DNA from: an uncultured Halobacteriales archaeon
Lineage (GTDB): Archaea > Halobacteriota > Halobacteria > Halobacteriales > Hikarchaeaceae
NCBI GenBank assembly: GCA_964510865.1
Contig: CAZEDI010000002.1
Location: 8,579 to 72,578 of the forward strand
Length of the DNA: 64,000 nt
Direction of reading: 5' to 3'
Both the position numbers and the translations under genes were made by a program. A model generated the notes under the pieces. It was not told the origin of the DNA. It did no database searches and saw nothing but the letters and a program-made list of their open reading frames with translations. The first letter of the stretch is position 1. Every line of letters starts with the position of its first letter. Positions 30,504 through 38,764 of this stretch are shown piece after piece.

Positions 30504-31284
30504 GGCGCACCACCTCCTCGGGATCGACCTTCTCGCAGTGGTTCCCGGCCCGGTCCAGCGGGAACGCCAGCGCCTTGTCGTCGTACTCGCGCTCCCACGG
30601 CGCCATAACGACCCGGTACTCCGTACCATCGGCGTGCTCAATCGTGACACCTGGATCGAGTTCCTCGGTGGAGATACCGAGGGCGATAGTGTCGATGGAC
30701 TCGACGACGCCGTGGGGAACGAACTTAGTCGTAGAACCGGTGTACTCACGCCGTGACGCCTCGATGTCGGACCACCCGGAGCGGGGATCGTACTCAGTCT
30801 CCACGTCCCAGACGTTCCCGCGTCGGCTGGTCGGATCCGCGAGGAGTGTCAGCCCATTCCCGATAATCTCTCCTTCCTCGTGGACTCGAATCCCATCGAT
30901 TTCGGCAACGAGCGTCGTGTCGTCATCGAGTTCTGCCCGGACTGTCTCGCCGACATCGAGGTCCTGCAACTGCGGGTGTCGATTTCCACCCCCGTCGGCT
31001 CTGATAGGCTCACCGAACTCGTCGACGAACTGCCCATCAACAATGTCGTCGACGGATTCCAGTGCCTGGATGCGCCGGTAGGGATTCCGGCTCACTGCGC
31101 CCTGGAACTCCCCGGCACACCACACGCAGTGATCCAGTCCTTGGGCCTCGGCGAATGCCCGTGGCTTTTTCTTGGGATCACCGACGCGACCACACAGTGC
31201 ACCACCGTCGTCCCCGAGGTCGTGATAGACTTCGCCGATGTACCCATTCTTCGAGTGTGCAACAACGATTGGTTCGTCACTCAT
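30496..31284 (-). CDS. Hypothetical protein (element operon)
   Basis: Start at ATG 31284 with an 8-nt overlap (ATGAGTGA) on the upstream gene. Acidic, with Cys pairs ALCGRV / HCVWCAG. Confidence 0.6.
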   Translation of the reverse strand: MSDEPIVVAHSKNGYIGEVYHDLGDDGGALCGRVGDPKKKPRAFAEAQGLDHCVWCAGEFQGAVSRNPYRRIQALESVDDIVDGQFVDEFGEPIRADGGGNRHPQLQDLDVGETVRAELDDDTTLVAEIDGIRVHEEGEIIGNGLTLLADPTSRRGNVWDVETEYDPRSGWSDIEASRREYTGSTTKFVPHGVVESIDTIALGISTEELDPGVTIEHADGTEYRVVMAPWEREYDDKALAFPLDRAGNHCEKVDPEEVVRRV

Positions 31285-31690
31285 CGCGATCACCCCCGAT
31301 CCCGGAGAGCGCGGCTTCGACGGTCTCGCGGTCGAATTCCCGCTCACAGCCGGGCTCCAGGCAGGCGTACTCCCCGTCCCGGAGGTTGCGAAACGGCTCG
31401 TGACCGCAGGGCAGCAGCGTGCCGGCGTCGAGGTTGTGTTTGATCCACTCGTGGACTGCGGTGGGGACCTCGTAGACCCCGACGCGGCGGTCGTCGAGCT
31501 CGGTCTCGCCGACGCGCTCCAGGACGTTTTCTTCGCGGAGCTTCGCGAGGCGGCGCTGGACCTCCGGGGCGAGATCGACGTGGGTGACGCGCTCGCCGGG
31601 TTCCGGGAGTTTGAGCGCGATCGCCCTGTTGTTCGTGAGGTAGCTCGCCGTGGAGTGATAGATGCTGGAGCCCTTGGCGGAACTACTCAT
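31277..31690 (-). CDS. Hypothetical protein with C-terminal Cys/His cluster
   Basis: Start at ATG 31690, overlapping the upstream stop (ATGAGTAG). Contains LPCGHEP...ACLEPGCE. Confidence 0.55.
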   Translation of the reverse strand: MSSSAKGSSIYHSTASYLTNNRAIALKLPEPGERVTHVDLAPEVQRRLAKLREENVLERVGETELDDRRVGVYEVPTAVHEWIKHNLDAGTLLPCGHEPFRNLRDGEYACLEPGCEREFDRETVEAALSGIGGDRDE

Positions 31691-31973
31691 CGTATCCCTC
31701 CAGAATCGTGTCGTAGTGGTCGGTATCGCCCGGTAGCTCTCGGAGGCGGTCGAGGAGTCGGAGCCAGTCCTGGCGCTCCCGGACGTAGACCTGGCCGTTG
31801 TTGAGACGGGCGGCGAGGGTCCGGGAGTCGATCGCCTCGCTCTCGCCGGCCGGGCGATGCGAATAGAACGTCGGGCCCTCGCCGTGCAGGCGAAACTCGT
31901 CACCGGAGCTGCGCTCGACGATCTCGACCGGTGCGGAGCGCTCGACCGGGAAGTCCTCGGGGACCGCACTCAT
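31683..31973 (-). CDS. Hypothetical protein
   Basis: 96-aa acidic ORF whose start overlaps the stop of the upstream gene by 4 nt. Confidence 0.5.
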   Translation of the reverse strand: MSAVPEDFPVERSAPVEIVERSSGDEFRLHGEGPTFYSHRPAGESEAIDSRTLAARLNNGQVYVRERQDWLRLLDRLRELPGDTDHYDTILEGYDE

Positions 31974-32335
31974 GGCTGGCCTCCCGGGGAGTTGTCCGTC
32001 AATACGGATTCCGTGATCTTTCCGTGGGCCACTCCGATTGCGGCCGCACTCTCCTCACCCGGTGCAGACCCTACCCAGTCACCGGAGGGAACCAACTGTG
32101 CCATCTCCTCTTCGAGTGCGTGGATCACCACATCCCATTCTTCCCGTGTCATTTCAACCGCAATCTCGCGGTCCGTACCGCCCGAGGAAGCCCCCTCATC
32201 GAATTCGAGCCGATAGTCACCGTGGTCCCGGTGGTCCATCCAGTCGACCATGTTCACCCACTTTTCACACTCGGCGCACCAGCGCTTGGCCCCGGTTTCG
32301 TCGTACGCGCCGTGGAGACCCTTCTCATCGCTCAT
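31970..32335 (-). CDS. Hypothetical acidic protein with CxxC
   Basis: Start at ATG 32335 (MSDEKGLHGAYDETGAKRWCAECEKW). ATGA overlap with the small ORF upstream. Confidence 0.55.
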   Translation of the reverse strand: MSDEKGLHGAYDETGAKRWCAECEKWVNMVDWMDHRDHGDYRLEFDEGASSGGTDREIAVEMTREEWDVVIHALEEEMAQLVPSGDWVGSAPGEESAAAIGVAHGKITESVLTDNSPGGQP

Positions 32336-32475
32336 GCCGACCACCCCGGTGCCGTCCGGAGTTCGCCACCGATCTGATGGCCACACGGCGCCGCCAGGTG
32401 CGTCGTCGGGCCGGTCGTCGAGATCGCGGTGATCTGCGTCCCGCAGTGGGGGCAGTACTCGGGGCTCCCCGTCAT
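32332..32475 (-). CDS. Small zinc-ribbon-like protein (47 aa), absent from the ORF track
   Basis: Hand translation gives MTGSPEYCPHCGTQITAISTTGPTTHLAAPCGHQIGGELRTAPGWSA. ATGA overlaps occur at both ends (32472-32475 and 32332-32335), filling the only gap in a fully coupled operon. Confidence 0.45.
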   Translation of the reverse strand: MTGSPEYCPHCGTQITAISTTGPTTHLAAPCGHQIGGELRTAPGWSA

Positions 32476-33149
32476 TGGTCCACCTCCCGGGCGGCGGCCT
32501 CGGCGAGCTTCTCACACTGCGTGGCGAGATCGAGCGCCCGCGCATAGCGGTCGTCGGCGTCGTCGGCGAGGGCGCCTCGTTCCAGTAACTGTGTCGCCTT
32601 CGCGTAGAAGTGCGCCGGGCTGTCGAGCGGGTACTGCCCCGGGTTTCGCGCGTTCGGCTCCGGGGGGTCGGGGCGGCCGCCGTCTGCAACGGCATCTCCG
32701 GGTACGTTGCTCAGCTCCATCAGGAGCCGGTTCGCGATATCCGCCGCCTCGGTCCGCGCGACCTGGAGGTCCTCGGCCATGATGGCGTCCTCGAAGTCCT
32801 TCAAGTGAGTCTCGATCGCGTCGATTTGGGCGAGGGGTTCGTCCCGTCGCCACTCGGCGGTCTCGTGCTCGGACTCTTTTTCGTTGATCCGCTCGACCAT
32901 TCGGCGGTCCAGTGTCTGCAGCTCGTAGGCGAGGTCTGCGTAGGGCATCGCCGCCTCCTCGCGACCGCCATCAGGCATCGGGTCAGATGATCGAGACTCT
33001 AAAATTTCCAGCGACAGATCGAACCGGGCGGCTTCGGGCGCCGCCTGGAGCGTGTCAGCGAATGTGTCGAGAAACGCCGCAGCGGCCTGACCAGTTGCCT
33101 GGCCCAGTTCGGCGGGCTCCTCGGTTTCCAGTAACGGTTCGTCCGTCAT
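32472..33149 (-). CDS. Hypothetical acidic helical protein
   Basis: 225-aa ORF with ATGA overlap on the upstream DUF4326 gene. Confidence 0.55.
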   Translation of the reverse strand: MTDEPLLETEEPAELGQATGQAAAAFLDTFADTLQAAPEAARFDLSLEILESRSSDPMPDGGREEAAMPYADLAYELQTLDRRMVERINEKESEHETAEWRRDEPLAQIDAIETHLKDFEDAIMAEDLQVARTEAADIANRLLMELSNVPGDAVADGGRPDPPEPNARNPGQYPLDSPAHFYAKATQLLERGALADDADDRYARALDLATQCEKLAEAAAREVDQ

Positions 33150-33604
33150 TGCTCTCCCTCCCGCACCGGATTATCCAGCCACACGACGCTGCCGTCCTCG
33201 CGGATTGCCACGCCGAGCTGGGTCAGGAACTCCCGAACCTCGGCGCGACCGCCGCGAAGGAAGGCGTCGATCACGTCGAGATGACAGGCGGGTTCTGTGT
33301 CCTCAGCACTGCGACACCAGCAGGCCACGCGCTGCCCGTCGAGGCCGTGAATCGCTCGACGGAACTGCGGATCCATGGCAAGGCGCCCGAGGAAGGTCTT
33401 CGCGAAGCGGGCGATCGCGAGTTCGCGGGGACAGGCGTCCGTGACTTCGTGGGGATTGCCCAGCCAGCCCCGATCGCCGGGGATGGTCGTGCGGACGTTC
33501 GCGCCGTTCGTCCCGCGCCCACCGTAGACGTCGAAGGTGTCCTGGCGGCAGTGCACGACGGCGATGCCTCGCGTCTCGACGGGTTCGGTCTCGGCGGCGC
33601 TCAT
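33146..33604 (-). CDS. DUF4326-domain protein
   Basis: VYGGRG...GWLGNPH...RVACWCRSAEDTEPACHLDVI matches the DUF4326 pattern (GNP ... C-W-C ... CH). Confidence 0.7.
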   Translation of the reverse strand: MSAAETEPVETRGIAVVHCRQDTFDVYGGRGTNGANVRTTIPGDRGWLGNPHEVTDACPRELAIARFAKTFLGRLAMDPQFRRAIHGLDGQRVACWCRSAEDTEPACHLDVIDAFLRGGRAEVREFLTQLGVAIREDGSVVWLDNPVREGEQ

Positions 33605-34092
33605 TCGCCATCACCGTCCTCGGTCCGCTGGTCGTCGATTTCGTAGATCATTTCGCGGTGCTCTGGGATCGAAATCGCGAGCATCCCCTCTTCGAGATCG
33701 CCGTGGAAGTCCCCCGACTCTGGGTAAACGGCGATAATACCGTCGTAGAAGTCGGATTCCGGAAGGCCGTGGGTCGTGGTCTCGAATTCGCCAGTGAGGC
33801 TCGGTGTCCGGACCGTGAACTCCCCAACGAAGCCCTGCAGGAAGTCGGGCATCTCCAGGCCGTTGTCGGTGAGCCGGAGCGTGTCGTCTGGCTCGCGGAC
33901 GGGTCCCGGCTCGCCCTCGGGCTCGAAGGCCTCGTCGGGGTCGGGTGGATTCACGCCTCGACCCTCCCGTATTCGCCGAGGCTGTCGCGCGCGGTCTGCC
34001 AGTCGATGCGTCCTGAGTACGTGGATTTTTGCCCACTCGTGTTGTGTGTCGAAATGGGCGTCGTGTTCAGATTCATTCCCAGGGTCCGGCAC
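33601..34092 (-). CDS. Hypothetical acidic protein, first gene of the integrase-terminated operon
   Basis: 163-aa ORF from ATG 34092. GTG 33954 is an alternative start. ATGA overlap with the DUF4326 gene. Confidence 0.45.
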   Translation of the reverse strand: MPDPGNESEHDAHFDTQHEWAKIHVLRTHRLADRARQPRRIREGRGVNPPDPDEAFEPEGEPGPVREPDDTLRLTDNGLEMPDFLQGFVGEFTVRTPSLTGEFETTTHGLPESDFYDGIIAVYPESGDFHGDLEEGMLAISIPEHREMIYEIDDQRTEDGDGE

Positions 34093-34200
34093 GGCGCCCG
34101 CCCTTCTCCCGAAAATCGCGGGACGTAGGACCCTCCTACCACGATCCTCGAAAGGCGAACGTGTCCGGTAGTCGGAGTATTACACCCCTGGTACTTAATC

Positions 34201-34216
34201 ATTTCCACGCGGAAAT
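34201..34216. promoter_or_regulatory. Palindromic operator candidate ATTTCCACGCGGAAAT
   Basis: Perfect 16-bp palindrome upstream of the wHTH gene 34287..34526 in an AT-rich divergent promoter region. A second palindrome, TCCAATTGGA, lies at 34222-34231. Confidence 0.4.
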
Positions 34217-34286
34217 CAGTCTCCAATTGGAATCTAGTTGACAAGACGAAGGTGTTTTGCAATGGCCCTGTGTGTTCCGGAACAAC

Positions 34287-34526
34287 ATGGCTGGTAGGAA
34301 GCCAACTGTAGACGATGTAGACATTTTGAAGCTGTTTGTTTTGTCCAGCGATCCAGCCTTTACAGCGTCTGAGCTTACGGATGAGCTTGATATGAGCCGG
34401 CAGGGAATTTTGAAACGGTTGGATGGATTGGATGAAGATGGGTTCCTTGAGTCGAAGTTTGTCGGCCCCATTCGGATTTTCTGGATAACGGAGAAGGGGA
34501 AGAGGAAGGTCGAAGCGTCGATCTAA
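34287..34526 (+). CDS. Small winged-helix DNA-binding protein
   Basis: MAGRKPTVDDVDILKLF..DPAFTASELTDELDMSRQGILKRLDGLDEDGFLESK..GP.RIFWIT. It is a paralogue of the convergent gene. Start is ATG 34287 (alternative 34257). Confidence 0.65.
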   Translation: MAGRKPTVDDVDILKLFVLSSDPAFTASELTDELDMSRQGILKRLDGLDEDGFLESKFVGPIRIFWITEKGKRKVEASI

Positions 34527-34738
34527 GGGAGCCAGTAGATCACCGATGGCCCCGCCTTTTTGCGTTTTAGCCGTCCCTCTTCGACAAGAGCATTCAACCG
34601 CCGATTCACCGCCTGCCGAGAAATTGGGAGCGATTCGGCAACTTCTTTCGACGACAGAACAGGATCTGCAGAATGCTTGAATTGGCGAAGTATCTTCTCG
34701 TTGGTCACGTCCTTGACTGATTGTGCCATGTTGGACAC
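34523..34738 (-). CDS. Small winged-helix DNA-binding protein (paralogue)
   Basis: KILRQF..SADPVLSSKEVAESLPISRQAVNRRLNALVEEGRLKRKKAGPSVIYWL. Its 3' end overlaps that of the partner gene by 4 nt. Confidence 0.65.
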   Translation of the reverse strand: MSNMAQSVKDVTNEKILRQFKHSADPVLSSKEVAESLPISRQAVNRRLNALVEEGRLKRKKAGPSVIYWLP

Positions 34739-34755
34739 TGTAGTCTTCTATTATA

Positions 34756-34771
34756 TTTTCCGCGTGGAAAA
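34756..34771. promoter_or_regulatory. Palindromic operator candidate TTTTCCGCGTGGAAAA
   Basis: 16-bp palindrome about 18 nt upstream of ATG 34738, next to aatataat (TATA-like on the minus strand). Its core is the reverse complement of the 34201 site (shared TTCCACGCGGAA). Confidence 0.4.
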
Positions 34772-34891
34772 GTTTTATGGTGGATCCACTCGTGTAACTG
34801 AATACGGCAAACCCGGCTCCGTGGGGTGATTCTTCGCCAGAAATCGCCCGGGTGCAGACACACCCGAGCCGGGTGGTCGTGCAACCAACCC

Positions 34892-35077
34892 ATGAGCACC
34901 TTAGACAACACCGCTCAAAAACGCATCGCCAGCCCACCACGGACGCCCAGGACCGTCGTCGTCGAAGCCGTCCCCGCGCCCTCGCTAACCACGCTCTGTG
35001 CGTTCGCCGAATACGCGGCCGCCCACGACTGCGCCGTCGACGCCGTGCTGGCGGCCTGCCCGGATGGAGTGCGGTAG
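34892..35077 (+). CDS. Hypothetical small protein
   Basis: ATG 34892 (MSTLDNTAQKR...). 61 aa. The stop lies 1 nt before the next ATG. Confidence 0.35.
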   Translation: MSTLDNTAQKRIASPPRTPRTVVVEAVPAPSLTTLCAFAEYAAAHDCAVDAVLAACPDGVR

Positions 35078-35078
35078 G

Positions 35079-35348
35079 ATGGCCGACCGAACCCGACCCG
35101 TATCCGCTGCAGCGTCCGCACCCACGGTGGCGGACGCCCTGGCGGGCCTGATCCCGGTGGCGGCCGCAGACGCGATCCCCGCCGCCGAGGACCCCCGCGG
35201 CGAGCCCGTCGTCGAGCTCGTCCTGCGCAGCGACTGGGATTACCTGCCGGCGACGGTCGTCGAGGTGGCGGCTCACCACGACTTCGCGCCCGTCGAACTG
35301 GGCGCCCGGACGCCCGAGCACCACTACGCGGTGTTCGTCGAGCGATAA
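35079..35348 (+). CDS. Hypothetical small acidic protein
   Basis: ATG 35079 (MADRTRPVSAAAS...HHYAVFVER). 89 aa, tightly coupled to the upstream ORF. Confidence 0.4.
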   Translation: MADRTRPVSAAASAPTVADALAGLIPVAAADAIPAAEDPRGEPVVELVLRSDWDYLPATVVEVAAHHDFAPVELGARTPEHHYAVFVER

Positions 35349-35575
35349 CGCCGAGTGCACCAGAATTGCTTTGCCGCCTGGAGCCCCACGCCACTGCATG
35401 GACCCTGTTCGGGAAATCCTCCTGTCCGAGAACGACGATGGCTCCTGGACTGCGCGAGACCTCGACGCGGAGGCAGCCGCCGAGGGCGACACGCGCCTGG
35501 GGGCACTGGATGCACTCGACGACGTCGTGGGAAACCCGAAGTAAGAAACGTCGCCCGACCTCGCGGCTGCGGCCG

Positions 35576-35824
35576 TCAGCCCCAGAACCCGTCGCGGTGA
35601 CCCGCGTCGATAACCCGTAACTCGTCCGCTTGCTTGTCCCACTCGATCTCCGCGCGGTAGTCGCCAACGCGGAGCTTGTAGGTGTCTCGCCCAGTGAGCC
35701 CGCTTAAGAAGTGTCCTGGATTGTCCCCTGCGTCTTCGAGCTTCTGCCTGAATCGATTTTCGAGCTTGTCGTTTTGTGACTCCAACCAGTCGTTGACGTC
35801 GGGGTGCAACAACACGTCGGCCAT
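35576..35824 (-). CDS. RelE/ParE-superfamily toxin
   Basis: 82 aa. LTGRDTYKLRVGDYRAEIEWDKQADELRVIDAGHRDGF is a typical RelE/ParE C-terminal pattern. Confidence 0.7.
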   Translation of the reverse strand: MADVLLHPDVNDWLESQNDKLENRFRQKLEDAGDNPGHFLSGLTGRDTYKLRVGDYRAEIEWDKQADELRVIDAGHRDGFWG

Positions 35825-35836
35825 GTAGATGCCTCG

Positions 35837-36175
35837 CTACAACTCCACGAACTCGTCGTGATCCGTTGCTCGCCGCTCGTCGGATTTTTCGACTCGATCG
35901 GCCGCGAGTCGCGGCCCGACGAGCGCCTTGTAGGCGACGCCGGCGCCGAACTCGCGACGGGCGATTTTCTCGTCCTCGATCATGCGTTCCAGTCGCGTCC
36001 GGACGGTCTCGGTACTGACGCGGATCTCCCAGTGTCGGGCCAGCGCCTCGGTGACCTCGCCCGCCGAGAGATAGGGCTCGCCGGCCGTGGCCTCGTAATC
36101 GAAGGCCTTGAGAATATCCTGATCCCGGACCTTCTCGTTGAAGCGACCGCCGTCGTCCCGGCCCTGCATGGACAT
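35837..36175 (-). CDS. wHTH protein, putative antitoxin/regulator of the RelE-like toxin
   Basis: It ends 12 nt upstream of the toxin start. LSAGEVTEALARHWEIRVSTETVRTRLERMIEDEKIARRE looks like a wHTH. Start set at ATG 36175 (alternatives 36169 and 36223). Confidence 0.55.
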   Translation of the reverse strand: MSMQGRDDGGRFNEKVRDQDILKAFDYEATAGEPYLSAGEVTEALARHWEIRVSTETVRTRLERMIEDEKIARREFGAGVAYKALVGPRLAADRVEKSDERRATDHDEFVEL

Positions 36176-36266
36176 GTGTACATACACATGTTGCGACCCG
36201 TACACCATAACCGTTTGGTCCATTCCAAACGGACTCTTTTATAGGATTACGCACCACCCCGTGGCG

Positions 36267-36461
36267 ATGTCCGACCTGCATCCACAGGACTGGCTGCTCA
36301 TCGCCGAAGCGCTCGCCGACCACATCGGCGCCGACATTGACTGCCCCCGCGACCAGCGGGCGTGGGATCTCGTCGACGCGATCGGCCGTCGCGAGGGACT
36401 CTCCATCGGGGAGATCCCGCTGCAGACCCGCCCCGCCACCTCGCCGGCCTGGCTCGACTGA
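36267..36461 (+). CDS. Hypothetical small protein
   Basis: ATG 36267 (MSDLHPQDWLLIAEALADHIG...). 64 aa. Confidence 0.35.
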   Translation: MSDLHPQDWLLIAEALADHIGADIDCPRDQRAWDLVDAIGRREGLSIGEIPLQTRPATSPAWLD

Positions 36462-36463
36462 AC

Positions 36464-36760
36464 TCATGGCAGCTGCACCCGTCCGGCACCGACGTGATCG
36501 AGCGCGGTCCGGGCCCATTCCGGCACGTCCGACATGGGCTCGGTCGGGACGAGACTGCCGTGGTGCGTCCTGAGGAAGGACAGCTCAGCGTCGCCACCCC
36601 GGACGATGACTTCCTCGCTGCCATCGGGCTGGCAAAGCGCGTCGACGCAGACCTCGCTGGCCCCTGCTGGGAGCTCGCAGGTCAGTTTCTCGGCACCGAC
36701 GCGGAACGTAATGCCTGGGCGGTCCTCCAGTGGCGTTGGATCGGGCTTGCCGATTGCCAT
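36464..36760 (-). CDS. Hypothetical protein
   Basis: 98-aa acidic ORF convergent with the previous gene. Confidence 0.4.
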   Translation of the reverse strand: MAIGKPDPTPLEDRPGITFRVGAEKLTCELPAGASEVCVDALCQPDGSEEVIVRGGDAELSFLRTHHGSLVPTEPMSDVPEWARTALDHVGAGRVQLP

Positions 36761-37014
36761 ATGCCGAGATGTGCGTACCAGCTAAAGGCGCTGGGGCGGA
36801 TGTGCACGGAAACGACGCTCGCGGGCCGGATTCACCGCGGACGCGCGTAGTATTACGTACACACGCGGGAATTGGGGTGATGAACGGAACTGCACGGAAG
36901 GGTGCTTGCTTGCGATTCGGGGTATTCACGGTTCAGGGGCATTCTGTACTGAGTGCGAATCGCAAAACAGTGAACGGAAACGAATGAATGCCCCCCTCGC
37001 GAAGAATCCACGAA

Positions 37015-37296
37015 TCAAATCACGGCACAACTGGAGAGTGTCAAACCGAGCGTTGAACCTGCCATCAGAAAAGCAATAACGCGCCATAACTTGACCTTTC
37101 TTCTAAATGATTTAGCCTCATCTTGCATCTCAAGAAGCTTGTTATAGATTGCATCAACCTTTTCTTGATCCTCTTTAGTTGCATTGTTAGATAATTCGGG
37201 TGCTCCGTATGACGTCCCATACATAGTACCATAACCGTCCTCCTCCCCAGATTTTGCGGACTCCCAGAGCGTCATAATGTGACGCTTATATTCCAC
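37015..37296 (-). CDS. Small AT-rich-encoded protein with C-terminal TM helix
   Basis: 93-aa ORF in a local low-GC patch, with a C-terminal WRVIAFLMAGSTLGLTLSS anchor. Confidence 0.4.
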   Translation of the reverse strand: MEYKRHIMTLWESAKSGEEDGYGTMYGTSYGAPELSNNATKEDQEKVDAIYNKLLEMQDEAKSFRRKVKLWRVIAFLMAGSTLGLTLSSCAVI

Positions 37297-37367
37297 ACAA
37301 ATAAATTCTCGGCCACTTCAGTTATACGACTCTTCGACGAAATTTCCCCGTAGCAGCAACTCACCGG

Positions 37368-38366
37368 CTAGTCCTCATCCAGCACATACCGACTCCCCCG
37401 CCCCTGGCCCTCCTGGACGAGAAGCCCATAGCGCTCGAGACTCCCGAGATACCGTCGTCGCTGCGCCCGACTCTTCGGCGCCCCAGCCCGTGCCTCGTAC
37501 CGGTCGTGTAACGCTCCCGCGGCGATCTCTCCGGCCTCCCGAACGAGCTCGAACAGGAGGCGCTGGTGGGTCCCCAGCGTGGCGATGTGTCGGTCCCGCA
37601 CCGCCTCCCGCGCCGGCCCCTCGACGTCAGCCACGAGCCCCGCGTCGACGGTCGACTCCCCACGCTCCACTGCAGCCCGGACTGCGTGGCGCAGCATGGC
37701 GATCCCGAGGCGGGCGTCCCCAGCTGCGCGATCGGCGATCGCCCGGAGAGCATTGTCGGTCACCGATCCCTGAAACCCAACCGCAGCCCGTGCTCGAAGA
37801 ATCGTCACCAGCTCGCGCTGGGAGTACTTCGCGAGGTGGAGATGCATCGCGGAGCGCAGTCGCGACCGCACCCGCTCGTCCAGGCCGGCGAGAAAGGCAT
37901 CCATGTCGACGGCAATGCAGATCAGACTGACGCCAGGGCAGTCCCACAGCGCCGCCAGCACGCTCGGCTCAGCAATCGCGTCCACTTCATCGACGACTGC
38001 GACGAACGGCACAGCGAGTGATCTGAGGCGATCGAGCAGGGTTGCCGTCCCGGTCCCGACTCGCCGGAGGTCCCGGGCGTGGCCAGCCGCGTCGAGGAGC
38101 TCGTAGGCGACGGCGGCCGGCGTCGAATCGGCGATGCAGTTCACAGCCCCCCAGCAAACGCCCGTCTCGTCGTCGAGCCGAGCGAGCGCGCTGTGAGCGA
38201 GCGTGGTTTTGCCCGCGCCGGATGGGCCGTGGATGAAGACGGATTCTGCCTGGGCATCGTAGCGAAGCGGGTCGAGCGCGGTCAGGAGGCGGTCGACCTT
38301 GCCCTCGCGATGATGGAGGGTTTCGGGGACGTAGTCCGGTTCGAGGGCCTGGGTGTGTTCGAGCAT
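37368..38366 (-). CDS. cdc6: Orc1/Cdc6-family replication initiator (short form)
   Basis: HREGKVDRLL, Walker A GPSGAGKTT, Walker B VAVVDEVD, sensor region, and a C-terminal winged helix (GSLERYGLLV...GRGSRY). Confidence 0.9.
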   Translation of the reverse strand: MLEHTQALEPDYVPETLHHREGKVDRLLTALDPLRYDAQAESVFIHGPSGAGKTTLAHSALARLDDETGVCWGAVNCIADSTPAAVAYELLDAAGHARDLRRVGTGTATLLDRLRSLAVPFVAVVDEVDAIAEPSVLAALWDCPGVSLICIAVDMDAFLAGLDERVRSRLRSAMHLHLAKYSQRELVTILRARAAVGFQGSVTDNALRAIADRAAGDARLGIAMLRHAVRAAVERGESTVDAGLVADVEGPAREAVRDRHIATLGTHQRLLFELVREAGEIAAGALHDRYEARAGAPKSRAQRRRYLGSLERYGLLVQEGQGRGSRYVLDED

Positions 38367-38764
38367 GGCCGACTGCAGACCAGTATGGTGACCGGACTAA
38401 AAGCTCGCCAGGAGCAGCGCGGAAGTGAAACTGAACCAATATACAGTAGTTCCGCACGTCAGATTCTGTGCATTACATAATTCCATTATACTCGGGAGAG
38501 ATTTTATGAGGTGGTGTATTGCGTATGCTGCCATAATGATGAGGGCATGCCTGAGTACTCAGAACTTCGGAGGATAGCTTCCGCTTGTCCGCCTTTATTT
38601 CGATTGCCACCTAAGGGAGCCATTCCAATTTCAACACAAGACGTAGTCTCAGGATGAATTCCCAACATTGTCCATTTTCCATATTTCTCAACGTTGTAAA
38701 TATGGCTTTTAAAGGAGTAAAAATTGGCAGAAGGTTCTTGGACTAACGGTTATTTGATCCACGT

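Noticed and set aside
33951-36518. 855-aa ORF on the minus strand, the longest in the track
   Set aside because: It is extremely Arg/Gly/Pro/Ser-rich and runs across at least eight better-supported small genes on both strands as well as AT-rich promoter regions. It is a typical open shadow frame in high-GC DNA.
36915-36975. 9-bp inverted repeat tgcgattcg ... cgaatcgca with a loop of about 35 nt, downstream of gene 36464..36760
   Set aside because: It is a single short stem with a long loop in a non-coding patch. It cannot be distinguished from chance or a simple terminator without folding or conservation data.
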